DNA of 63,628 bases, filler included, from Sanchytrium tribonematis (taxonomy: Eukaryota): the NCBI GenBank assembly GCA_018985235.1. It is 10 parts of 10 records of this genome, joined end to end, with 100 filler letters (N's around TTAATTAATTAA, not from the genome) between each part and the next. Parts side by side here need not be neighbours in the genome. Positions count along the whole stretch, not along the records: positions 42,039 to 46,287 come from JADGIG010000744.1; positions 46,388 to 50,635 come from JADGIG010000745.1; positions 50,736 to 54,983 come from JADGIG010000746.1; positions 55,084 to 59,309 come from JADGIG010000747.1; 6 more parts are not named here. One strand, written 5' to 3'. The notes below the pieces were generated by a model, which worked only from the letters and a program-made list of their open reading frames with translations, had not been told where the DNA came from and did not search any database. Position numbers and translations under genes: made by a program. Shown here piece after piece: positions 42,179-55,166 of this stretch; positions within the stretch are counted from its first letter, which is position 1; each line of letters begins with the position of its first letter.

Positions 42179-43067
42179 ATGATACTCTTTTCTCTTCTAC
42201 TCGCTCAAATACTCCATTCCAAATTACAACTAGTCTACAGACACCCAACCAGTCCACGATATAAATCAACCCCATTTTATCCAGAATGTCCCACTCAATA
42301 TATTGCATTTCATCAATCTGCATCAAATGAAAATGAAGCTAAAGCAATGATTGAATCATGCATTAATTTTGCCATAGTTCCAGATGCAATTCAAATAGCA
42401 CATCCCAAAATAGTCTATAATCCAATCATGCGCCATCATTTCAAGCATACCATCCAATTATTATCCCATGACTCTTTATTATCATTATTCAATCAATATC
42501 ATCAATATCATGTAGATATCATGATGACTATTGATTATAAATTGTATTTAATGTATAGAGACAGTATTCTCACATTGTTTCAAGATGTGATTCAAAATGA
42601 TCTTGCAAAATTCAATGCCATTCAAAGCAGTATCACTGTCAATGACAAATATGGATTAATCTATTGGTATCAATGGGTATTATGGATTAATCTATTGGTA
42701 TCAATGGGTATTATGGATTAATATCATGCAACCCAATTTAATATCATTAGAAATGACAAATAATATTATAGTTTCAATAGATGCCAATTTTGAGACATTT
42801 CAATATGATTTATTTGATATTGTGAATATGGTTTATAAAGTGGACCAAAATAATTATTGTGGATTGCTATTTATTGAGTCACGATTTAATTGGTATAGGC
42901 AACAATTTTGTAGAAATAAAGAAAATAGGAAAGAATGTTTGAGCAAATGGCAGACAGTTAGAAATGACCGTACTATTTATGATAGTTTCAAAAATATATG
43001 TGATGAATTGTGGAATGAAGCAGCAACAGATCAAATTAAAAACATGGGATTGAATGTTAAAGAATAA
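42179..43067 (+). pseudogene. Secreted orphan gene split by a 31-bp tandem duplication
   Basis: MILFSLLLAQ start. Deleting one repeat copy joins ORFs 42086-42721 and 42726-43067 in frame (WVLWINIMQPN). Confidence 0.7.
42650..42722 (+). repeat. Perfect tandem repeat, 31 nt x 2.35
   Basis: TATGGATTAATCTATTGGTATCAATGGGTAT at 42650 and 42681, then TATGGATTAAT at 42712. Confidence 0.95.
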
Positions 43068-43079
43068 AATTTATTGACA

Positions 43080-43877
43080 TTAGACGTCTTTTGATACTTG
43101 TTCTCCAATCACCTTGAATCTCAATTCAACTGAATGTCTTTGAAATGGCACTCCTTTATCAACAGATGCGTGAAAAAAATGAGACGAATCAAAAATAATG
43201 GCATTTCCAGATTCAACGGGTGTGAATTCAATTGAGTTAAATGGACCCAGGTCAGGTCTCATCTTCCTTGCCTGATCATCATTATTCATGGGAGATCCCT
43301 CTCCTGGTTTAATGAAATGCAAATTATGGTTCTTAATCTCTTCTTTTCCAATATTGATCCAAAGATTAATCGTTATGGGCTGTTCTAATACTTCACTGTA
43401 CTTTGATCTCATTTCTTCTGTTACAAGTGCTCCGATGAAATCTTTTTGAATTCTGTCAACATGGAAATAAGAATTTGTTTGTTGAAGTTGCGAATGTCGA
43501 ATATGCATATCAACACATAACATTTTCAATTCCCATTTGTTTAAAAACCATTCTGTTGCTAAATCACAATATTTTTGTGCAATATTTGCAAAACTTGGAT
43601 CATTTTGGTCCAATTCTGAAATATCTATAATATGAGGATCTTTAAATACTTTTGCAACTGTTTCTATTCCATGAAGTCTAAAGTTAAATCTGTTGTCCAA
43701 AAATGGGCATTGATGCTCATTCAAGTCACGCGGGAGAATATTTCCTCTAGCGAAATATTGATTTGTTCCTATCTTCTTACAATTCATTTGAGCCAAATCA
43801 AATGGTACATACGAATAAATGGATGTTACTGAAAATAACATAGAAGTGGGACATTGTTCCACTTTTAAATGATACAT
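43080..43877 (-). CDS. CmcJ/NvfI/AsaB-like putative 2OG-Fe(II) oxidoreductase
   Basis: FHVD, INLWINI, AIIFDS..FHAS, RHSVELR. Confidence 0.6.
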   Translation of the reverse strand: MYHLKVEQCPTSMLFSVTSIYSYVPFDLAQMNCKKIGTNQYFARGNILPRDLNEHQCPFLDNRFNFRLHGIETVAKVFKDPHIIDISELDQNDPSFANIAQKYCDLATEWFLNKWELKMLCVDMHIRHSQLQQTNSYFHVDRIQKDFIGALVTEEMRSKYSEVLEQPITINLWINIGKEEIKNHNLHFIKPGEGSPMNNDDQARKMRPDLGPFNSIEFTPVESGNAIIFDSSHFFHASVDKGVPFQRHSVELRFKVIGEQVSKDV

Positions 43878-43990
43878 TATGTTCAAGTGTCACATTATTG
43901 ACCAATTAAAAGTGCTAATATATTGTGCAATAAAACACAAGAATCCACAAATTTCACAAATTATTGTACAGTTCTTTGTTATTACTTCAT

Positions 43991-45319
43991 TTATTGACTA
44001 TCATCACTCATATTGGATCCTCTTCTAATAATGCCCCAAGTAGGTTTATGCGTACTGGTTCCAAAATCCCTAGTTTGTACTTTGGGTTTCTGTAATGATT
44101 TTGCAAAATCAAAAGTAGTTTCTCCCATTTCAGCCATATCTATTCCTTTTTCTAAATCAGCCAATTCTAATTTCAAATTTAAACCGGGGAAATGATTGAT
44201 GCAATATAAAATGAGGGCTGTCATGCAAAATGACCATAAGAAACAAATAATACAACTGAGTAATTGGTATCCGATAATACCTTCTCCATCTACCAATCCG
44301 GATTGTTTATTAGGGTGGATCATGCCATAAGACCATTCTCTACTTGCGAATATACCTGTTAATAAATTACCGACGATGCCACCAATGCCATGAATCGTAA
44401 AGACATCTAAAGTATCATCTAATTTCCAAATGATTTTGAGTAAACTCATTCCAAAACAAAGCGCACCTCCGATTAATCCAAATATAATTGCGAATCGTGG
44501 GTCAATTAAACCAGCTGCAGGTGTGATGGAAACTAAACCACTAATGGCACCAGAACAGAATGCAATAGCACTGAATTTCTTGGTTTTTATGTAATTTAAT
44601 CCCATCCAGGAAAGTGAGCCAGCTGCTGCTGCAATATTCGTGGCCATGATGGCATTGGCTGCTTGATTACCAGCTGATCTGGCACTACCACCATTAAATC
44701 CATTCCATCCGAACCATAGAAATAGAGTACCCATTAAAACATTAGCAGGTGAATGTGCTTCAGATTTCTCCATTTTATTTCTACCCAGCATCAAAGTATA
44801 TGCTAATGCAGCACTACCAGATGCAATATGGACGACAGAACCACCAGCAAAGTCTAATACACCCATATCATCCAAGAAACCATTCCAAACCCAATGCGCG
44901 ATAAAATCATAAACCAATGTGGTCCAAATAAACACAAATACGATTTTGGGAAGTAATCTTGTTTTATCTGCACCAGCACCGACTATTAATGAGGGTGTTA
45001 AACACGCAAACATCATTTGATAAAACGCAAATCCAAAATCAGGAATAGATCCATATGAATTATCTTGTCCTGTTAATGAGCCATATCCCGCATCTTCAAT
45101 AGATCCAATAAATGAGTTACCTTGTTTACTGAATACCAGCGAGTATCCAAACATGAACCACTGGATGCTGACGATAGAGCATGTCATAAAACATAACAAG
45201 AGAATACTTAATGCTGCTTTTGAGTTTGTGAGACCATTATAAAAGTAACCGAGACCTGGAATCATGATGAATACTAGGTAACTGCATAAAAGCATAAAAC
45301 TCGTGTCACCAAGAGACAT
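43991..45319 (-). CDS. Ammonium transporter (Mep/Amt)
   Basis: DFAGGSVVH, LWFGWNGFNGGS, DDTLDVFTIHG. Confidence 0.96.
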   Translation of the reverse strand: MSLGDTSFMLLCSYLVFIMIPGLGYFYNGLTNSKAALSILLLCFMTCSIVSIQWFMFGYSLVFSKQGNSFIGSIEDAGYGSLTGQDNSYGSIPDFGFAFYQMMFACLTPSLIVGAGADKTRLLPKIVFVFIWTTLVYDFIAHWVWNGFLDDMGVLDFAGGSVVHIASGSAALAYTLMLGRNKMEKSEAHSPANVLMGTLFLWFGWNGFNGGSARSAGNQAANAIMATNIAAAAGSLSWMGLNYIKTKKFSAIAFCSGAISGLVSITPAAGLIDPRFAIIFGLIGGALCFGMSLLKIIWKLDDTLDVFTIHGIGGIVGNLLTGIFASREWSYGMIHPNKQSGLVDGEGIIGYQLLSCIICFLWSFCMTALILYCINHFPGLNLKLELADLEKGIDMAEMGETTFDFAKSLQKPKVQTRDFGTSTHKPTWGIIRRGSNMSDDSQ

Positions 45320-45681
45320 TTCGAAATTAAAGCCTCATTTGTTTCGAAAATAAAATACACGAAAATTTAACAAAATATTATAATTCAAGTCTGATTCGAT
45401 TAAGAACCAGATACACGGATGGCGCATGTGAATCACTGGATGGTACACAACTCGAAAGATTGAAAATTAATGAAAACAGACTTGATTTTAAAATGTACAC
45501 GTGATCATTTTAAAACAGTCTCGCGAAGAGCGTATTTATTGGTGAATCGTTGACATAGGACGATTTAGAAAAAGAAGCAACTATTAAGAGCAAATATGGC
45601 GTTTTAAATCATTAATAAAATTTGATTGGCTGATGAATAAAATTTAAGAAAATTTGGCCTTTTTTTTTATCGGCCGAATAA

Positions 45682-46287
45682 ATGTTGACTAGTTTAATTG
45701 AATTAAATAAAGCACAAAATACTTTAATGAGTGAATGGAGGGACTCAGGTGTAGATATGGATGATGTTTCTAAGAATTTAAAGGGTATTTCTAAGAAATT
45801 AAAAGATAAATTGAAAAGAGTAGGTTTAAAAACCAAGAAGTGGGCAAGTAAAGTGAGGGATTTTATTAAAAAGCCAAAATGCACTCAATTAGAGGACATG
45901 TGTTCTCAATTGCAGGAATTATCCACAAATCGTAAAATATTCAAATTTATAGTCAGTGAGTATTATTTCGCACATAATCTGCCTGGTGCTCGATATTTGG
46001 CTAATGTGGATTATGACAGATTCATTCCTCATTTTCTAAAAGACCAAAATTTTACACTTCCTCATAAAATGGCAGTTCAATTATACAAAGAAGTGATTAA
46101 TAGAAACATATATCACAGATTATTTTGAATCACTGTAGAAATGTGCCAGAATTTTATGTAATCTTTGATTCTATAGATTTAATTGAGTTGTTATTCTATA
46201 TTTATAATGAATCATTAGACCGACTGCTGCAAAGAATGACCAAAAAGGTCTTTGACATTTCAAAACAGCTGAAAAAAGCTGCAAATG
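45682..46287 (+). CDS. Hypothetical protein; frame change near 46120; 3' partial
   Basis: 148-aa ORF followed by an overlapping frame that stays open to the gap. Confidence 0.45.
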
Positions 46288-46387
46288 NNNNNNNNNNNNN
46301 NNNNNNNNNNNNNNNNNNNNNNNNNNNNNNNTTAATTAATTAANNNNNNNNNNNNNNNNNNNNNNNNNNNNNNNNNNNNNNNNNNNN

Positions 46388-47045
46388 TTTGTTTGAAAAA
46401 ATCAAGCATGGTTTTTTGTTTTTTTGGAGATTCTTTTTTTTCTATCAATTCTGGAAAGTCATTCTTAATACTACCAACTCTTTTATCAGCAGGGTATATA
46501 GTCAAATCCCCATCATATCCTTTCAATAAAGATTTGCAATCGTCCCAATTACCACCAAGCCACATATTCATATGCATTTTCTCTACTATCACCGGCATAC
46601 GATGATGATACTCTTTCATCTGCTTATTCGCCCCAGTGGTTATTATGGTAAAGGTCATAATTGTCTCATCGTCCTGTTTCATTTGTCTATAAAGACCAGC
46701 AAGATAGAGTAATTTCTCATTCGAAGTGAAGTAAAATGGTTTCCCCTCGCTCCATTCGTAGAAACCTTGTACGGGAACTAGGCAGCGTTTGCTTACCATG
46801 CCTTTATACAATTTAGACTCTAATAATTTTTCTTCCCTGGCGTTGAATGTTTTGTATTCTTTCATAATACCCCAACGAAATAAATCCAATTTTCTATGAT
46901 GTTGAGTTTCAATTAGCACTGGCATGATTCGCATAGGAGGATTGTTATAGCTGGGTCTGTAATTTTCTCTGTTAACAAATTCTGTGGCCCCAGTGATTTG
47001 CTGTAGTTCTTCTTCATTCAAAGCCAAAACAGTTCTTCCACACAT
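46388..47045 (-). CDS. HMCES: SRAP-domain abasic-site processing protein (3' partial)
   Basis: N-terminal MCGR, FNAREE, RCLVPVQGFYEW, HHRMPVI. Confidence 0.93.
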
Positions 47046-47081
47046 TTTATTTCCTAGAGTTTCCCCTTAATAATCTGTAAA

Positions 47082-50000
47082 ATGGCATCGAAATTACATT
47101 TTCCGTTGCTGAGAGATAATACGCCGAGAACTGTAGATAAGGTTGAATTTGGAATATTTAGCAAGTCTGAAATAGACAGAATCTCACAAGTGGAAATATT
47201 AAGTAGTGAGCTGTACAACTATACCTCCATCAAGGAAGCTGTTCCATACGGACCATTAGATAAACGTTTAGGATGCTCAGAAAAAAATTCAATATGCGAG
47301 ACCTGTAATAAGAAAATGGAATTTTGTGTTGGCCATTTCGGAGTTGTTAAATTATCTTTACCTATATTTCACTATGGATTCTTCAAAGGAACACTAGCTA
47401 TCCTTCAATGCATATGCAAAAAATGCAGTAGAGTTATGGTTGACGAGCAATTAAAAAAGCGATATTTGAAGAGATTCCGAACTCCTGATTTGGAAATGAT
47501 AACAAAAATGAAAATATTCAAAGATATTCAGAACAAATGTAAAAAGCAAAGTGTATGCATATACTGCGGTTATATTAACGGCACAGTAAAAAAAGCAGGC
47601 GGAATGAAAATTATTCATGTAAGGTTTTCAAAAGTAAACTCTCAAAGTACCGCCGCGGATGAATATTTACAGGATTTGAAAAGTGTTATAATTGTGAACG
47701 AGGCTTTAAAGCCATATATTAATAGGTGTGAAGAGGAAATCAATCCATTAATGGCATACCGACTTTTTGAAAAAATGTCCAATGATGATTCTGAGCTGAT
47801 GGGTCTGGGTAAGATCTCGAGACCAGAAGACCTTATTATAACATTTTTTCCTGTTCCTCCTAACCAGACTAGGCCTTCTGTTGCACAAGATGACAAAACT
47901 AGCAACGAAGATGATCTGACAATTAAGCTGAAAGAAATTATAATGGTAAATAGTGTTATCCGAGCCGGCATCATTGATGGACAACCAATTAACAAAATAA
48001 TGGAACAATGGGATACCCTTCAAACAGCAGCTGCTTTGTATGTCAATGCGGAGTTACCAGGATTTAACGCTACAACGTCATCGCTAAGGAAACCTGCTAG
48101 GGGTATTGTGCAAAGACTGAAAGGTAAACAAGGGAGATTTAGAAACAATTTGTGTGGTAAGAGAGTAGACTTTAGTGGTAGAACCGTTATTAGTCCCGAC
48201 CCTAATATGAGGATAGATCAATTAGCAATACCAGAACTTATCGCTAAAAATTTAACTTTCCCAGAAAAAGTTTGCTATCAAAATATCCATCTTTTAAAGC
48301 AATTAATTTTGAATGGACCTAACAAACATCCTGGTGCATGTTATGTAGTGTCCAATGGTATAAAAATTTCATTAAAATATGGAGATCGTGAGAAAACAGC
48401 GAATAATTTGAAATACGGTGACATTGTGGAGAGGCACATTGTTGATGGCGATATTGCCCTATTTAATAGACAACCATCTCTTCACAGAGTTTCAATGATG
48501 GCGCATTCTGTTGTAGTTAAGCCTTGGAGAACATTGAGATTTAATGAATGTGTTTGTAGTCCATACAATGCTGATTTTGATGGTGACGAGATGAATCTCC
48601 ATATTCCTCAAACCTTAGAAGCAAAGACGGAGGCCTTATTGCTGATGGGTGTCGAAAATAACATTTGCACTCCGAAAAACGGCGAAAATCTGATCGCAGC
48701 TACGCAGGATTTTATCACTTGCTCTTATCTGCTATCTCAAAAGGATGTCTTCTTCAGCAAAGCCGACTTTTGTCAAATTTGCGGTTACATGGAAACTTCC
48801 CTATCTCAAATTGACATACCTCCACCAGCTATCGTGAAGCCCCAGCGACTTTGGACAGGTAAACAAGTGTTTGGTGTTTTATTAAAACCTAACAAATATT
48901 CAAAGGTAAATATCAATCTTGAATGTAAAACGCGGTCGTTTACAAAATGTTTTCCTCCTGATTTATGTCCTCAAGATGGCTGGTTGGTTATACAAAATAG
49001 CAAGGTCATTTGCGGGGTTTTTGATAAGGCTGTAGTGGGAGATGGTAATAAGAATTCCATATTTTATGTAATACTTCGAGATTTTGGTCCAAAATGTGCC
49101 GCTGAATGTATGAATAGACTTAGTAAGCTTTCTGCTAGATTTATGGGTGAACGAGGCTTTAGCATTGGTATAAATGATGTTTGGGCAGATACTGCTTTGC
49201 AGCAGAAAAAATTTGAACTTGTTGAGGCAGGTTATCTTGAATGTACAGACAAAATCGAGGAATATAAAAAGGGAATCCTAGAAACCCAACCTGGTTGCTC
49301 GGAAGAAGAAACTTTGGAAAATGTTTTAAGTGGAATCCTCTCAGGCATACGAGAAAACGCTGGTCAAATGTGTCTTAATGACTTAAATAGATACAATTCT
49401 CCAATCATCATGTCCAGATGTGGCAGCAAAGGCTCAAAGCTAAATGTTGCGCAAATGGTTAGTTGTGTTGGTCAACAGATTGTCAATGGAAAGCGTATTC
49501 CAGACTCGTTTGATTTTAGGCCCCTACCTCATTTTCCTCGCCATGACAAGACGCCACCCAGCAAGGGCTTTGTTCGAAACAGTTTTTTTAGCGGTTTGAC
49601 TCCCAGCGAGTTCATATTTCATGCAGCTTCTGGCCGTGAAGGCCTCGTCGATACTGCCGTCAAGACGGCCACTACTGGTTACCTGGCCCGTCGTTTGATG
49701 AAGACAATGGAGGATCTGACCGTTTCATACGATTATTCCGTTAGGACTCCAGTTGGAAACATGATATCATTCAAATATGGAGATGACAAATTAGACCCAT
49801 TGAACATGGAAGGCGATGGCAAGCCTGTGGAGTTTTCTCGTAATTTATTGAATGTGCTGAATAATAAAAGCATCGTTCGAGGCAAGCCAATGTCGGCCGA
49901 TGAAATAGAGGAATTTTGCGATATTGAAACTCAAACGCAGTACTGGCAAAAAAATTGCGATTCTTTGTTTATTGCAGATCTTACCCATTTTATAGAGAAA

Positions 50001-50635
50001 GACATATCAGGCAAACTCAGGAGACTACATGCTAACCCGGTGCTTTCTCAAAAAGAAATTCATGGAATGTTTCAATTTACAGAAGCGGATCTCATAGAAT
50101 TCCTAAAGGTGTGCTTTCTGAAGTACATGAAAAGTAAGATAGAACCCGGAACTGCCTGTGGTGCAATTGGTGCTCAAGGACTAAGTGAACCAGGAACTCA
50201 AATGACATTAAAAACTTTCCATTTTGCGGGTATTGCGACCATGAGTATTACTTTGGGTGTTCCTAGATTAAATGAAATTATTAATGCTAGCAAAAGCATT
50301 TCCACGCCAATTATTAAAGCTTCTCTTGTTTCCAAAAAAAGCGAAGTTTCTGCTAGAATTGTTAAAGGAAGAATTGAAAGAACTACATTGTCTGAGATTT
50401 GTAATTACATTGAAGAAGTCTACAAGCCTGGTGAATGTTTTATTGAATTAGAAGTAGACATCAATACAATTAATAAGTTGCAGCTTGAGATTAAGCCAAA
50501 TGACCTGGTTAATACTTTGATGAAATCCAAATTAAAATTAGCAGATGATCAAATCCACATTTACAAAAACAAGGTAAGAATTTATGCGTCAAAAGAAAGC
50601 GGTGAAATGTCGTTTATTCTCAAAGATTTAAAACG
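47082..50635 (+). CDS. RPC1: RNA polymerase III largest subunit (3' partial)
   Basis: NADFDGD, WRTLRFNECVCSPY, GTQMTLKTFHFAG, LGVPRLNEIINASKSISTPII. Confidence 0.95.
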
Positions 50636-50735
50636 NNNNNNNNNNNNNNNNNNNNNNNNNNNNNNNNNNNNNNNNNNNNTTAATTAATTAANNNNNNNNN
50701 NNNNNNNNNNNNNNNNNNNNNNNNNNNNNNNNNNN

Positions 50736-52878
50736 ATGACGAATTAATCATACCACTACATATCACCCCCACTAACGGTTTGATTGCATCGCAACTTGAA
50801 AATCTAATGCATATACTGTTGAGCGATTCAAGAGCACTTGATCGTGATTTCTCGTTATTTTCTTTTCCTCCCAAGATCAGCTCACTCAACATTGTAAGAA
50901 ACCAATTTTGACTCAACAAATCCTTATTGAAAGTATCTTTATCTAAAATTTTAATTACTGAAGAATGCACCTTTAGTCTTTCTTTTCTTGCTTTACACAA
51001 ATGTTGATCAATTTCAAAGAGAGAGTTTAGATGATTATTAACGAAAGCTTCGTGTTTGCACATGGAGTCAATTATACGATACCCTTTTTTTTGTAAGGAA
51101 CCTTCGGGGTTTTTAATCAAATCCAGAGAAATTTTAATAATAGTGTCATCCAATATGTAGTTGGCAAATATTGATAGAATATCCAGAAGATCCAATGGTG
51201 ATGACTTTGAGTCAAATGCGTTCGATATTTGCACAAGTAACGGCTTCAACAGGGACTCCAAAAGTTCAAAAGAGCAAAATTCAGCTAGTTCCAGAATGGA
51301 TTGTTTCAAAATAGACTTTGTACTAATGTCACTCGAAATCAAGTATTTGTTTAAAAGCAAAGGCATGACAATTTTCATGCTGCTGCTAAAGTAAGTTCTA
51401 TCGTCAGTCACGGAATTTTGATAAGTCGAAATAAGTTCATTTATATCAGAGCTACAATTTGCTCCCAATTCTATTGATTTAAAGGTTTGAATCAGTGATC
51501 GCATTATTGAGCATACAAATTTGCAATTGACTTGAATCAATAAGTTAAATTGTTGACCTAATTTTGGATAGCCACTTAAGAAATTAGTGGGAAAATCACA
51601 ACTTTTGACAATTGTATCCAAGACTTGACTAGATAAAAACTCGTATTTCTTCTTCTCCATTTCATCGGTAGCCTGTATAGAAAAATTAATAAATTCGTCC
51701 TGCAAAGGTAGTAGTTTTTCTGTTACGTAACCTAAGTCAGATCCAATCGGATACTTCGCCATATAATGCCAGGCCCAATCTGTGTGTTGAAGTTCTAGAC
51801 ATCTTGCAATTTCTTCCATTGGATTCATCGAAAAAAAAGCTTTTAAAGTAGCGTCTAATTCCATCTCATAAGGAAAATCGCCATTTTTCAGATTGCTTAA
51901 GTGCGAAATCACATTTCGGAGCTCAAACTTAATAGAACAAAGCAAGCATTTGCAATTTTGGTGCTGGGTTAGAAATTGTCTTTTCCATTCCAAAATAATT
52001 TTTTCTAAGAATGTCAAAATAAAAGCCCAGGATCCCAACAGTTGCACGTTCTTCAAAGCCTCGCTCATGAAATTAATTAAGGCAACAACATTCATGTCTA
52101 GAAAGCTCAGATGTTTAGCGGGAGATATTATCGCTTTAATTATGGATTTCAAAAAGTCACTTTCGTGGTCAAACATACCTTTAATAATGTTTTGGATCAA
52201 AAGGCAATAATTTTTGCAATTATTGGCACTTCCAATTAGTCCAGCAAGGCAGATTGACTGCCCAGCTTTTGTTGGAATATTGTTTATGATTAAGTTCATT
52301 TCTTTTGGGGGAATTTTTAAAGCATGAAAGCATTGAAATATAGAGTATACATGTTTTTTTTGCAAACTTTGAATAAAAGGCAATAACAGTTCTATTGCTA
52401 TGGTAGGCGTTAAACAATTTTGACTTGATAAGGCAATTATAGTTTCTATTTTAAGCTTTCTAGCTCGAATGATACAGATTCTCTCATCTCCTTTTGAATT
52501 TACTAGCAAAGGAGCTTTCGGAAGACACGCTACAACCAAAGCATCCTCATTTAATGCTAATAGGGCGTCTTTGACAATATCATTCCTAAACAAATGTAAC
52601 GGAAGGCGATGAAGGAACCTAGCTAATGTAAAATGTGATTCTGAATTCAAAAGTGGTATTATGAAGTCTCCAGAATATTCCAAATAGACAGATCGATTTA
52701 TAAATGGAAATAAATCATCAAGTAAACTTGATGCTTCTTCTATGTTTTGGCGATTATTAAGCAAACAAAGTAAAACACCAATAAACGACACTAAGTTGTC
52801 AGATTCTTTTGTAAATCCAACAACTGTTTGGTACAAAGGGTGTGGTTTTGCAACTTCGGTCCAATTTTCTGTTGTCAT
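50736..52878 (-). CDS. RRP12: Rrp12-like HEAT-repeat ribosome biogenesis protein (3' partial)
   Basis: LQKKGYRII, ARKERLK, ELILGGKENNEKSR; ATG at 52878. Confidence 0.75.
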
Positions 52879-52925
52879 TCTATTTTCACCCTTTCCCCAA
52901 ATTGTTTTAGGCTGAGAGAAAATAT

Positions 52926-53951
52926 TTATTCCATTAAGATTTTTTCTGGGTAGATGGCACCACTTTGTTGAATGACTTCTCGCGCGAGGTAATTTCCAGC
53001 TTTGACACACTGTTCAATGTCCTTTTCCAGCACCAATTTTGCCAAAAAACCTCCAACAAAGGCATCACCTGCACCATTCGTGTCTACAATTGCGGATTGC
53101 GGAATTTGCTCAACAGGATAGGTCTTGATACCTTCAACTGTAGCTATAACAACATCTTCAGACCCTTGCGTGATGACGACTGTTCTATAACGATTTGTTT
53201 TCTTTGCCATTTTTTGAATATACTTTGCAATGGCAAGCATATCATTGGAATTTTCCAATTGAAGACTTTCTGCCACAGCTTTTGCTTCCGTCTCATTGCA
53301 AAAAACATAATCGGAGTATTCAATTAGTTTAAGTAGTGGCTCTTTGAAAAACTGGGCAATAAAAGGAGCAGATACATTCATTGTGACGATTTTGTTATGC
53401 TCAGCCGCATGCTTACAAATTAATTCCATAGAAGCGGGGCTGACAGTAAGAAAAAACCCGCTTATATAAAACACTTTTGCTTTAGTTAATAAATCTTGAA
53501 TTTCAGGTTTTTCAAAGTGAGATTCTTTAAATTCATTAGCAGCTGCCAGATTGGCGACTAAAGAGCGGTGTTTTCCATTCACGAGTACAGCGCAAGTTCC
53601 AGTCTGTACAGTTGGATGAATCATATAAGCTGTTTTTACTCCATCCTTACCGGCGATTTCGGATAGCTTTTTACCAAAATCATCGTTTCCAACACAACCA
53701 ATAAACGTTGTCGATCCTTTGGGCAAAAATTTTTGAGCTCCTCTAATGGAGTTTTGAGCAGCTCCTCCAGGAATGTACAATGTAGATGGAATTTTTGCAA
53801 GTTCTGAATATATTGATAAGTGTTCCTCATTAGCCAATATCGCGTCGTTTTCCTTCAATTTGTACTTCTTTAAATATTCGCCATCTACAGACGTAACCAA
53901 GTCCAACAAAGGGTTGCAGATTCCCAATAATACTCCGTCTCCAAGTGTCAT
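52926..53951 (-). CDS. ADK: Adenosine kinase
   Basis: NPLLD, GGAAQNS, RSLVANLAAAN, DTNGAGDAFVGGF. Confidence 0.96.
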   Translation of the reverse strand: MTLGDGVLLGICNPLLDLVTSVDGEYLKKYKLKENDAILANEEHLSIYSELAKIPSTLYIPGGAAQNSIRGAQKFLPKGSTTFIGCVGNDDFGKKLSEIAGKDGVKTAYMIHPTVQTGTCAVLVNGKHRSLVANLAAANEFKESHFEKPEIQDLLTKAKVFYISGFFLTVSPASMELICKHAAEHNKIVTMNVSAPFIAQFFKEPLLKLIEYSDYVFCNETEAKAVAESLQLENSNDMLAIAKYIQKMAKKTNRYRTVVITQGSEDVVIATVEGIKTYPVEQIPQSAIVDTNGAGDAFVGGFLAKLVLEKDIEQCVKAGNYLAREVIQQSGAIYPEKILME

Positions 53952-53973
53952 CCCTGATATATCCGAAACGTAA

Positions 53974-54983
53974 TCAAACTGGGCTATGCATCCCAAGTTT
54001 TGTGTTGAATTCTAATTTGGATCGTCTTTGCCAACGGCTCCATCTGGCTCGATCTTTTTGTCTCAAAAAATACTGAATGGCAAGCATAATAAAAAGGAAC
54101 ACCACAAAAGAAAGCACCCAATAATAGATCGGAATTCTTTTACCAAGACTAGTTACATCCTCGATATAAAAGAAAAACCATAAAACTGCAACACTCATGC
54201 TAATAATACCACTGACTATCCAAGACTTGGTAAATGGGTTCACATCGCTAAACCTAGAGTTTCTGGAAGAAAATTGAGCCGAAAGAACAATTATATAGAC
54301 GCTGAGACACAAGTTTGCATAATGCTGTGCTAAATTGTGACTGTTTAAATACTGAAAGGACCTAAATTAGTGACCAGTACATTATGTAATTAATTAAATC
54401 GAATATTAAAAAAACCAGACTACGAGGTATAACTGCTAGTAGAAGGCTGGCAACTTCTTTTCGTTGCTTCTTATTTCTCCTCATATACAATTTCATAGAA
54501 TTCTCATTTTCCAGAGACAAAAATGCAAGAGACTGCAGAATTATAATGATGTTTATCGGTACCAACGAATTCAGCGTAAAGCGGTACTGATAGTCTGAGC
54601 ACTGTATGATGAGTGCAGAACAGAGCATATTTAATTGAATTAAAAAACCATAAATTACAAACATTTGTAAATTAGATGAAATTGTTCTTGCGTCTTTAAT
54701 TACGTCATAAAGAGCAAACAGACTCGCATCATATGATAGAAACAAGTCTACAAAATGATTGCTGTGCATAATCAGTTTCCCTTCTTCCGAATTTAAATCT
54801 ATGCTTCTTGGAACAAGCCCAACTGAGATATCAGCGGCAGCAAAGCATGGCAAAAAACGTGAATTTAGACAAGACCCTAGCACAGCAACACTTTCTCCCC
54901 AATACTGAAAAATACCAAGCATTTCTGTTATAGATGTTGGACTGGCTTCTGCGAATAAAGAAACATGTAAAGGTATATCATCG
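53974..54983 (-). CDS. TMEM94: TMEM94-like P-type-ATPase-related membrane protein, 5' partial, 2 exons (to 54381; 54361-53974)
   Basis: DDIPLHVSLF...IFQYWGESVAVLGS and terminal QRRSKLEFNTKLGMHSP; the halves are joined by a 19-nt intron. Confidence 0.85.
54362..54380 (-). other. 19-nt intron GTACTGGTCACTAATTTAG (phase 2)
   Basis: Excision puts ORF 53974-54312 in frame; CTAAT branch-like motif. Confidence 0.87.
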
Positions 54984-55166
54984 NNNNNNNNNNNNNNNNN
55001 NNNNNNNNNNNNNNNNNNNNNNNNNNNTTAATTAATTAANNNNNNNNNNNNNNNNNNNNNNNNNNNNNNNNNNNNNNNNNNNNATCCAAATTTGTTGGCT
55101 TTGAATATTCCTGATTTGACAGTTTTAAAATATGCAAAAGCATTAAACAGAATATTTCAATAAATT

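Noticed and set aside
46093..46118. Possible 26-nt intron GTGATT...CACAG joining ORFs 45682 and 46125
   Set aside because: It restores frame but lacks the GTA donor, TAG acceptor and 19-20 nt length, and there is no homolog to validate it. A 1-nt indel is equally plausible.
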